A DNA stretch of 64,000 nt from Chitinophagales bacterium. GTDB taxonomy: Bacteria; Bacteroidota; Bacteroidia; Chitinophagales; Chitinophagaceae. A model generated the notes under the pieces. It ran no database searches. It saw nothing but the letters and a program-made list of their open reading frames with translations, and was not told the origin of the DNA. The stretch is from contig JANPKD010000028.1 in NCBI GenBank assembly GCA_031425835.1, positions 12,551 through 76,550 on the forward strand, written 5' to 3'. Made by a program: the position numbers and the translations under genes. Positions 39,961-47,977 of the stretch are shown here, one piece after another (position 1 is the stretch's first letter; each line of letters starts with the position of its first letter).

Positions 39961-41664
39961 ATGTCACTTTCAGTTTACAATAAAAAAAGAAATTTTAAAG
40001 TCACCACTGAACCCGTTGGAAAAGAAAAAACGGCAAAAGGCAAACTCCGGTTTGTTGTTCAAAAACACGACGCCTCGCACCTCCACTACGACTTTCGGTT
40101 GGAGATAGAAGGTGTGCTAAAAAGTTGGGCGGTACCAAAGGGCCCGTCGCTAAACCCAGCCGACAAACGGCTTGCAATGGCCGTGGAAGATCATCCTTTC
40201 GATTACAGAAATTTTGAGGGAATTATACCGGAAGGCAACTATGGTGGCGGCACGGTAATCGTTTGGGATGAAGGCACATACCAACCAGTTGGGGGGGAGC
40301 ATTTAACAAAAGCCGAACAGGAAAAATTACTCCTTACCCAACTAAAAGACGGCAGCTTAAAAATTATTGTACATGGAGAAAAGTTAGGCGGCGAGTTTGC
40401 TTTGTTTTTAATGAAGGGCCGTGGCGAACGGTCGTGGATATTGATGAAAAAGAAAGATGAGTTTTCCACCACCGCAAATGTTCTATTGGAGGATGCCTCG
40501 GTAAAATCGGGAAAAACGCTGGCCGAAGTAGCCGCTGAAAATGGTACGGTAATCAAACACCCCGAAGAAGCAAAACCCAGTAAAAAAGAAAAACCAAAAG
40601 CACCGGAATTATTGCCTAAAAAAACAGCAGCAGGCAAAAAAACAAAAGCGCCGAAACAAAAAACAACATCTGAAACTGTTGCGGGTAAAAAAAAGAAGGC
40701 GTCTCCAAAAATAAAAACATCGGGGCTGCAGATAGACATAACTGCGGGTGCCGATCAGACAATTGTTATCGATAAACATGAGCTGACTATTACCAGCCTC
40801 AATAAATTGTACTGGAAAAAAGAAAAGTTTAGCAAGGGCGATACCATCAATTATTATTTGCAGGCAGCACCCTATATTTTGCCGTACATGATCGGCAGGC
40901 CACAATCGCTCAACAGGCACCCGAACGGAATTGATGGACCCAGTTTTTATCAAAAAGACATGAAGGGAAAACTGCCGGAGTGGATGGAAACGCACAAAGA
41001 CTTTTCTGAATCAACCAGCAAAACAGTGGAGTATTTGGTGTGCAGTAACGAGGCAACTTTAATTTACATGGCCAATTTGGGTTGTATAGAAATGCATCCC
41101 TGGCATTCGCAAACGGCAAACTGGCAAAACCCTTACTGGTGCCTGATTGACCTGGATCCCGATACAAAAAACAGTTTTGCCCAGGTGATGGAAACAGCCC
41201 TGGTTACAAAAAATATTTTAGACGATATAGGTGCGGACAGTTACATAAAAACCTCAGGCTCCACGGGGCTCCATATTTATATTCCACTTGCCGCGCAATA
41301 CAGTTTCGATCAGTCGAAACAATTAGCCGAACTGGTTGTAAATCTTGTAAACGACCAGCTGCCTGAAACAACAAGCGTTGAACGAACACCGGCAAAAAGA
41401 AAAGGGAAAATTTATCTTGATTATTTACAAAACCGGGAAACCCAAACCGCAGCGGCGCCATATTCTTTACGGCCAAAACCTGGGATGCCTGTATCAACCC
41501 CCCTGCATTGGAGCGAAATAAAAAAAGGTTTGACGGCAACTACATACAACGCAAAAAATATTTTTGAACGTTTAAAAACCGAAGGTGATTTGTTTGCCCC
41601 CGTTTTGGGGAAAGGCATCAACCTGAAAAAAGTATTGGCTAATTTAACGGCCTTAATAAAATGA
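39961..41664 (+). CDS. ligD: LigD-type protein with 3-prime-phosphoesterase and polymerase/primase domains but no ligase domain
   Basis: PE domain RFVVQKHDASHLHYDFRLE..GVLKSWAVPKGPS. A Lys/Pro-rich linker follows. Pol domain LTITSLNKLYW...GRPQSLNRHPNGI...FYQKD...IDLDPD...SGSTGLHIYIPL...KIYLDYLQN. I see no adenylation KxDG motif anywhere in the 567 aa. Confidence 0.88.
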   Translation: MSLSVYNKKRNFKVTTEPVGKEKTAKGKLRFVVQKHDASHLHYDFRLEIEGVLKSWAVPKGPSLNPADKRLAMAVEDHPFDYRNFEGIIPEGNYGGGTVIVWDEGTYQPVGGEHLTKAEQEKLLLTQLKDGSLKIIVHGEKLGGEFALFLMKGRGERSWILMKKKDEFSTTANVLLEDASVKSGKTLAEVAAENGTVIKHPEEAKPSKKEKPKAPELLPKKTAAGKKTKAPKQKTTSETVAGKKKKASPKIKTSGLQIDITAGADQTIVIDKHELTITSLNKLYWKKEKFSKGDTINYYLQAAPYILPYMIGRPQSLNRHPNGIDGPSFYQKDMKGKLPEWMETHKDFSESTSKTVEYLVCSNEATLIYMANLGCIEMHPWHSQTANWQNPYWCLIDLDPDTKNSFAQVMETALVTKNILDDIGADSYIKTSGSTGLHIYIPLAAQYSFDQSKQLAELVVNLVNDQLPETTSVERTPAKRKGKIYLDYLQNRETQTAAAPYSLRPKPGMPVSTPLHWSEIKKGLTATTYNAKNIFERLKTEGDLFAPVLGKGINLKKVLANLTALIK

Positions 41665-42551
41665 CCATGCACCCCTCACTAACGGTGTTTGATAACGAAG
41701 TAGCACAATACATACATACAGATTTTGAAATTGAAACGCTTACCAACGATTGTGGCTTCACCGAAGGACCGGTATGGAATGCTGATGGTTTTTATTTATT
41801 CAGCGATATAGAACACAACGTTGTGTACAAAATTTTCCCTGGCAAAAAGAAAAGCGTTTTTATAGACAATAGCGGCACCGAAAATATTAATGACCCGGAT
41901 CTAAAACCCGGGCAAATCGGATCGAATGGTTTGGCGTATGATGTGAACGGGCAACTCCTCGTTTGCAGGCATGGTAGTCATTGCGTGTCGTATGTAAGCA
42001 ACAACGTTTTACAACCATTGTTTGAAACTTTTGAAAACAGGCCTTTCAACAGTCCTAATGATATTGTAGTACATAAAAACGGCAGCATTTATTTTAGCGA
42101 TCCGCCATATGGATTAAAAGATGGCCAACTGAATCCAAAAAAGTTTCAACCCCAGGCCGCCGTGTATTGTTTTAGAAATGGTGCATTGAAAATTATTTGT
42201 AACACCTACCAGTATCCTAATGGTGTCTGTCTTTCTGCAAATGAAAAATTGCTGTACATCTGCTCAAACAAACCATTTGAAAAATTTATTTCGTTGTACG
42301 ACACCGAAACGAATGCTTTCATCAAAACTTTTGCGGAAGAAAACAGTGATGGAATAAAATGCGACCGAAACGGAAATGTGTATCTCTGTAGTAAAGACGG
42401 TATCATTATTTTGAACAACACGGGAAAACGATTGGCGTTGATTGCATTGCCAACACAACCGGCCAACATTTGCTGGGGCGGAAGCAACACAAACGACTTG
42501 TTTATTACTGCAAGAGAAAATATTTTTTTGATACGCAACTTGCAGAAGTAA
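41661..42551 (+). CDS. SMP-30/gluconolactonase/LRE-family beta-propeller protein
   Basis: GFTEGPVWNADGFYLFSDIEHNVVYKI, NSPNDIVVHKNGSIYFSDP and PNGVCLS motifs. Its start overlaps the ligD stop (ATGA). Confidence 0.85.
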   Translation: MTMHPSLTVFDNEVAQYIHTDFEIETLTNDCGFTEGPVWNADGFYLFSDIEHNVVYKIFPGKKKSVFIDNSGTENINDPDLKPGQIGSNGLAYDVNGQLLVCRHGSHCVSYVSNNVLQPLFETFENRPFNSPNDIVVHKNGSIYFSDPPYGLKDGQLNPKKFQPQAAVYCFRNGALKIICNTYQYPNGVCLSANEKLLYICSNKPFEKFISLYDTETNAFIKTFAEENSDGIKCDRNGNVYLCSKDGIIILNNTGKRLALIALPTQPANICWGGSNTNDLFITARENIFLIRNLQK

Positions 42552-42715
42552 ACACCTTTCCTCCCCTTGCGGAGTTCTAGTTTTTCAACGTTAATTTAGA
42601 CGTGTTTGTTAAATCAAAATTCCAGGTTTTTATAACTTCAACAGTTTTGTTCTAAATCCCTTTCAATACTTCAATATTTCCGGTTTTGAAACTGATAAAA
42701 ATCACTGATTCCGTT

Positions 42716-44899
42716 TTACGAATTTTGAACATACCGTTTTTCTTTTTCAAGATATTCGTGCATGGCCTGCTCAAAGGAAGGAAGTTGTTGCCCATGCTGA
42801 CTGCCTAGTACAGAATATAGCGGACGTTTGGCCGCATAATTTATCTGGGTTGCGTTTACCGCCTGAATTAAAAATTTATCAAGGCCAAGATGGTCGGCAA
42901 TCATGTTTGCAAATCCACTCCAGCTTATTGATCCTTTGTTAGCCAAATGCCAAATTCCTTTCTCGCTATCAATCAATAAATCCAGCGTTGTATTTACCAG
43001 GTGGGGCACATAAGTGGGCGAAATAAAAATATCATTTGCTACAGTCACTGTTTGAAATTGGGATAGGGTTTTGCGAACGTGGTGCACAAAGTTGAATTCA
43101 TCCCACGGACTAAAAAATGCGCTTGTGCGAATGATTAACGAAGAAGGAAATTCTTTAAGTATGATGGCCTCTGCATCTGCCTTGCTTTTACCATACACAT
43201 TTAAAGGGTTGGGGATATCACATTCTATATAGGGCGTTGACTTTTCCCCGTCGAAAACTAAATCACTCGAAAAACTTACTAGCTGGAGGCCTTTTTTGTT
43301 ACAGGTAATTGCAAGGTTTTGAGAGCCTGTTGTATTGGCGTGGATACAATCTGCTATGTTGTTTTCAGCCTCATCAACTTTTACATAACCGGCAGCATTG
43401 ATGATTGCCCACGGCCTGTATGTAGCAACGACTTGTTCAATGGAATGCAGATTAGTGATGTCACATTCGTTCCGGCTAAGTAGATGATAAGGTATGCTAC
43501 GGCTTTTGCAAACTTTGGCCAACGCTCTGCCCAGGGTTCCATTTTTTCCTATAATTAAAAGGGGTGCAATGCTTTTTTCCACGTTTGTTATTACACGATC
43601 AGGGGGCCCATAAATCAATCTTGAGTTTCTGCGCCACCAACCATCTTGTTCAGATAAGATTGGATGACCATTTTTATTCTGAGAAAGGTCTTTAATAAAT
43701 TTTGCCAATGCGGTTGGTCTTAGGTCCCCACATCTTACATCAAAAGCACCGGGTTCGTAGTCACCCTCGTCTTGTATCAATAGTTTGTTCCAGCCGTAGG
43801 CACCCAGCAAAGCCCAGGTTGTAACTGCTCTTATTTGTACACCTGCCTTCTTTAATTTACCAGTTACCTCGTACACTTCTTTAAACCAACGCAGCTGCTC
43901 TTCGCGGTGGCAATGCAAATGCACTTCTGTAATAGCAATAGGTTGCCCATATCTTTCCCATGCCTCTTTTAATAATACTTCAATGCCCGTTTTTTCACCA
44001 ACGCTCACCCGCACGGCTTCCACATCGGCATACCTATGTTGTGCGTTTCCTCCATGCGTATGTTTTGGGTAGAGCTCTAAGTTTTCATCCAAATATCTTT
44101 CCGATGTGAGGTAATGATTAAAACCAAAAACATCAGGCACACAAGGATTTTCTAAAAAAAAATGCAAGTCGCTTTCTGCGATGCCAACATCTTTAAAATG
44201 CTGCCACAAATAATGTTGTTCATTTAATTTCCCGCAAAGAATATCAAACGTTATCCACCTTCGTTCATTTTCAAAATAAGCCTGGTATTTTAATTGTTCG
44301 GTGCTATACGTTTTGCCGAGATCTTCTGTTTGTATGAGCTGTGCCGCAGGATTTATTTTTCTTATCTCCCGCATTGACAGTACCACACCTTTCAACTGAT
44401 GCAACAGCATTTGCAAATATGCCTTTGCCGATTTTTTATGTGGATACCATAGACCATAAAGGCCACTAAATCTTGCTGTAGTTAATGGCTCATTTACCGG
44501 GGTATAAAATTGAATCCAGGGAAATTTCTGTGCAACTTTTTTGGCATAATCTGCCAGCAGCAGCGGAAAGTTATCATCTAACAAGTTAGTAAAAGCCGGC
44601 CCGCTTCCATGGTGTACAAGACCGGCAATTACATCAATGTTTTTTTGTTTGAGGAGCTGCAATTGCTTTTGCGTCCAACCCCAGTCAATGGCTGCATCTT
44701 TTTCGGGCTGATGTTTTTCCCAAAGAATTGGGTAGCGGAGTTTTTTAATTCCAAGAGTTGCAATTTGTTCAATATCGCCTTCGCGTTGATAATGCCCGGC
44801 GAACCGCAACTGATCAAAAAATTTATTTCCAACCCTGTTGATAGTGCACTCAATTCCGCCCCATATTTCCGGATTGCAATATGGTGTGTGATTGTCCAT
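42716..44899 (-). CDS. Fusion protein: N-terminal clan GH-A TIM-barrel glycosidase-like domain plus C-terminal RmlD-like (dTDP-4-dehydrorhamnose reductase fold) domain
   Basis: N-terminus has IWGGIECT, YTPVNEPLT (acid/base Glu context) and IAITEVHL (nucleophile Glu context). C-terminus has LLIIGKNGTLGRAL (Rossmann), INAAGYVKVDEAE and YGKSKADAE (YxxxK). No signal peptide. Confidence 0.8.
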   Translation of the reverse strand: MDNHTPYCNPEIWGGIECTINRVGNKFFDQLRFAGHYQREGDIEQIATLGIKKLRYPILWEKHQPEKDAAIDWGWTQKQLQLLKQKNIDVIAGLVHHGSGPAFTNLLDDNFPLLLADYAKKVAQKFPWIQFYTPVNEPLTTARFSGLYGLWYPHKKSAKAYLQMLLHQLKGVVLSMREIRKINPAAQLIQTEDLGKTYSTEQLKYQAYFENERRWITFDILCGKLNEQHYLWQHFKDVGIAESDLHFFLENPCVPDVFGFNHYLTSERYLDENLELYPKHTHGGNAQHRYADVEAVRVSVGEKTGIEVLLKEAWERYGQPIAITEVHLHCHREEQLRWFKEVYEVTGKLKKAGVQIRAVTTWALLGAYGWNKLLIQDEGDYEPGAFDVRCGDLRPTALAKFIKDLSQNKNGHPILSEQDGWWRRNSRLIYGPPDRVITNVEKSIAPLLIIGKNGTLGRALAKVCKSRSIPYHLLSRNECDITNLHSIEQVVATYRPWAIINAAGYVKVDEAENNIADCIHANTTGSQNLAITCNKKGLQLVSFSSDLVFDGEKSTPYIECDIPNPLNVYGKSKADAEAIILKEFPSSLIIRTSAFFSPWDEFNFVHHVRKTLSQFQTVTVANDIFISPTYVPHLVNTTLDLLIDSEKGIWHLANKGSISWSGFANMIADHLGLDKFLIQAVNATQINYAAKRPLYSVLGSQHGQQLPSFEQAMHEYLEKEKRYVQNS

Positions 44900-46025
44900 T
44901 GATTATTTTTCCATTAACAAAGGTTTCTTCCTTTTCCCCCTGCATTATTTTTTTAAATGTTGACAACGCCTGTGCCACTACCTGGTCCATATTATAGTAT
45001 TTGTAAGTAGCCAACCTACCTACAAAATATGTATTTGACGTAGCCTCGGCTAGCTGCTGATATTTTTTATACATGGCTGCATTTTCCGACCTTGGTACCG
45101 GGTAATATGGATCACCTTCTGCTTTCGGAAATTCATAAACAATTGCCGTTTTTGGGTGCACCTGGCCAGTTAAATATTTGAAATCGGTGATGCGGGTGTA
45201 CAGTTGTTCGTTTGGATAATTAATTGTGCCGGTAGATTGAAAAACTTCTTTGTCTATTGTTTCAAATTTAAATTCCAACGATCTGTATGGAAGTTTGCCA
45301 AAACAATAATCAAAGTACTCATCAACCGGGCCGGTATACACTACACTTTCGTGAGGTATTAAATCAAGAATGTCCCTGAAATCTGTGTTCAACATCACTT
45401 TAATGTTTTTGTGGGAGAGCATCCTTTGAAACATTTGAGTATATCCATGCAACGGCATGGCCTGGTAAGTATCGGTAAAGTAACGGTCATCTCTATTTGT
45501 TCTTGTGGGCACACGTGCAGTTACACTTGCATCCAGCTGAGACGGATCGAGATCCCACATTTTTCGGGTGTACCCCTTAAAAAATTTCTCGTAAAGTTCC
45601 CTTCCTACTTTGCTCACCACCACGTCTTCCGACGTTTTCAACCCTGATACCTTTTCGGCTTTTGATGCAAAGAAAGCTTCTACCTCATCGCTGCTCAAAT
45701 TCAAACCATACAATTGGTTAATGGTATTTAAGTTGATGGGAATTGGAACTAACTGCCCATCCACACTTCCTAAAACCTTGTGTTCATAAGGCCTCCACTC
45801 GGTAAATTTTCCCAGGTACTCAAAAACTTCTTTTGAATTAGTGTGAAAGATATGCGGACCGTATTTATGAATTAAGATGCCATCATTATTATAATAATCA
45901 AAAGCGTTACCGGCAATGTGTTCTCTTTTATCGATGATCAATACCTTTTTATTTGCCTGGGTTGCCAGGCGTTCGGCAACTACACTTCCCGCGAACCCTG
46001 CGCCTACAATTAAATAATCAAACAT
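44850..46025 (-). CDS. glf: UDP-galactopyranose mutase
   Basis: FDYLIVGAGFAGSVVAERL FAD-binding fold, GPHIFHT, and YEFP...GDPYYPV. Its 3-prime end overlaps the next gene by 50 nt. Confidence 0.92.
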   Translation of the reverse strand: MFDYLIVGAGFAGSVVAERLATQANKKVLIIDKREHIAGNAFDYYNNDGILIHKYGPHIFHTNSKEVFEYLGKFTEWRPYEHKVLGSVDGQLVPIPINLNTINQLYGLNLSSDEVEAFFASKAEKVSGLKTSEDVVVSKVGRELYEKFFKGYTRKMWDLDPSQLDASVTARVPTRTNRDDRYFTDTYQAMPLHGYTQMFQRMLSHKNIKVMLNTDFRDILDLIPHESVVYTGPVDEYFDYCFGKLPYRSLEFKFETIDKEVFQSTGTINYPNEQLYTRITDFKYLTGQVHPKTAIVYEFPKAEGDPYYPVPRSENAAMYKKYQQLAEATSNTYFVGRLATYKYYNMDQVVAQALSTFKKIMQGEKEETFVNGKIINGQSHTILQSGNMGRN

Positions 46026-47199
46026 ACTTTTTCTCCTTCGTTAAGAATTTTAAATCGATGTTCTGTAAATAAGTTTTTTCAATGTTCTTTACCATATTAC
46101 CCCATGTTCTGTCCCAGGAATTGAAGGCTAAAAATTCATCAACATTTTTAAGCCATGCTGTTTTGCGTTTCTTAGCCAACTCTTTTTCCGCTGCCGTAAT
46201 AAATTCCGACGCATTACTTACTATATGCACCAGTTTATTATCGCCATAAGGAGAAACAACATCTTTTATTGGTGTAGAAATAACAGGCTTGCCAGCGGCC
46301 AAATACTCCGGTGTTTTGGTTGGAGAGATATACTTTGTCGATTCGTTCATTGCAAAGGGAATTGTGGCAATATCCCATCCTGCCAGGTAAGCGGGCAACT
46401 CTTCGTATTTTTTTCCACCGAGGTAATGAACGTTTGAATAGTGCGGTAGTGTGGCCTCATCAATTTTTACAATGGGCCCGAGTATAACAAAGTGCCAGTC
46501 TGGTTTTTGTTTTGCTACGCCATCGAGCAATTCAATATCGAAACGTTCATCTACCACACCGAAAAAACCAAAGCGGGGGTGGGGAATGTTTTTTTGGTCT
46601 TCAGGGTCTTTGTTGATTGTCCTAGCAGCACCAAAATGAGCTTTATCTATACTGCTGGGTACTGAAAAGATATTATGATGCGCATTTTTTTTAGACTCGT
46701 AAATACTATTACCGCCTGTAAAAACAATATCGGCTTTTTTAAAAAGTTCTTTTTCTAAGATGCCTAACTGGGGAGGTGCAAACTTAAATGCCGATAACTC
46801 ATCCATACAATCGTACACAACAAACTCAGGCTCCAGCTCATCAGTAAAAGGCAAAGCCATTGGTGTATAGTACCAGCTGAAAAAGCGATCAATATTCATT
46901 TTCTCAAATAGCATTGCCAGCAATTTTCTTTGCCTTGACACCACCTCATTTTCATCAAGGTTATGTTGTATGAGGGGGGTGATTACAAATAAATTCTCGT
47001 TGTAATTCTCAATCTGTATTCTATCCGGTTGGTCGTGAAAAACAGGCTCTTCAATAAAAAAAACACGTTGGTGTTTAGAGAACCGGATAAGCAAATGATT
47101 AGGACGCTGAAAGACAAATCCCCATCGAAGATGAGAGAAACACACGAGATCAATGTCTTTTAAAAAAGCACATGAAATTTCTTCAATGTTTTTGATCAT
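46018..47199 (-). CDS. Glycosyltransferase (GT-B fold, family 1/4-like), first gene of the glf operon
   Basis: LVCFSHLRWGFVFQRPNHLLIRFSK N-terminus, typical of glf-linked GT-B enzymes. EX7E-like region ISPTKTPEYLAAGKPVIST. It overlaps the glf start by 8 nt. Confidence 0.75.
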   Translation of the reverse strand: MIKNIEEISCAFLKDIDLVCFSHLRWGFVFQRPNHLLIRFSKHQRVFFIEEPVFHDQPDRIQIENYNENLFVITPLIQHNLDENEVVSRQRKLLAMLFEKMNIDRFFSWYYTPMALPFTDELEPEFVVYDCMDELSAFKFAPPQLGILEKELFKKADIVFTGGNSIYESKKNAHHNIFSVPSSIDKAHFGAARTINKDPEDQKNIPHPRFGFFGVVDERFDIELLDGVAKQKPDWHFVILGPIVKIDEATLPHYSNVHYLGGKKYEELPAYLAGWDIATIPFAMNESTKYISPTKTPEYLAAGKPVISTPIKDVVSPYGDNKLVHIVSNASEFITAAEKELAKKRKTAWLKNVDEFLAFNSWDRTWGNMVKNIEKTYLQNIDLKFLTKEKKYV

Positions 47200-47211
47200 T
47201 CTTATGTCGAT

Positions 47212-47226
47212 GCTATTTATGTGCCA
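47212..47226 (-). promoter_or_regulatory. Canonical sigma-54 promoter TGGCACA-TAAA-TAGC(A) for the GT / glf / GH-RmlD operon
   Basis: TGGCAC-N5-TAGCA matches 10 of 11 consensus positions with exact GG-N10-GC spacing. The -12 C is at 47212, so the predicted start is near 47200, 1 nt before the ATG at 47199, giving a leaderless transcript. Confidence 0.7.
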
Positions 47227-47479
47227 GCTACAACTAATGCTAAAAATTACCTCTGCATTAATAACATGCGTATTTGCTGTAGAAATTGATGCTCATTTAA
47301 CGGACATGCACACACTATTAGTTTTATAATTGAGAAATTGCAAATGTTGAAGCAAAAAGGATTGCACACAATGTGTATGTTGGTACCCGATCATAGCAAA
47401 ATGCGAACAGTGTTTGACAAATACCGAGTGCTATATGGTAATGTTTCAACAAGAAATGACTCCTGAAAACTTTTACAAA

Positions 47480-47494
47480 TGGCATCATAGTTTT
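47480..47494 (+). promoter_or_regulatory. Variant -24/-12-type element TGGCATC-ATAG-TTTT
   Basis: 36 nt upstream of the ATG at 47531. Confidence 0.3.
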
Positions 47495-47530
47495 CGGATA
47501 AAAAATGTTTTAAATTCTTACCATTAAAAA

Positions 47531-47977
47531 ATGCTAGTAGAAAATTCAAAAGGCCGTTCTTCAAACGGTGGTGGCCGTAGCGACGATCAACGCGAAAGTA
47601 AAACTCAAAAAGCTACCTCAGGCCAAGAAACAAAAAAGAGAGGCCAGACCGATGACAGCTCCAGTAACAGCAACTCAAGAAGCAGCACCGATTCAGGTCG
47701 CGGAAATGGCGGGGTCATAGTCGTTAAGAAGAGGAGTCTTTTTTTAATGCCGGTAATCAGGCTACTTTTTTTTGCACCTGATTTTTCATGCGCAAAAATT
47801 CTTTTAGAAAATCAACCTCCTTCTGCAAATAAGCCTCGCCGTTTTCGCGAAAAATATCATGAAACCAGAGTTCCGGTTCGTTTAAATATTCTTTGCTCCA
47901 CGAATCCCATGGACAATGGGTTTGCGATTTACCAGCAACCAGCCCCCAGTTGTAAGCGCCTATATTATATTCCTTAA
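47531..47977 (+). CDS. Questionable ORF: Gly/Ser/Arg-rich hydrophilic N-terminal ~70 aa, with the remainder antisense to the GH5-like gene
   Basis: The N-terminal part MLVENSKGRSSNGGGRSDDQRESKTQ...DSGRGNGG resembles small stress-protein composition and has an upstream motif. However, the frame stays open for 220 nt across the convergent gene, which argues against the full ORF. Confidence 0.25.
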   Translation: MLVENSKGRSSNGGGRSDDQRESKTQKATSGQETKKRGQTDDSSSNSNSRSSTDSGRGNGGVIVVKKRSLFLMPVIRLLFFAPDFSCAKILLENQPPSANKPRRFREKYHETRVPVRLNILCSTNPMDNGFAIYQQPAPSCKRLYYIP

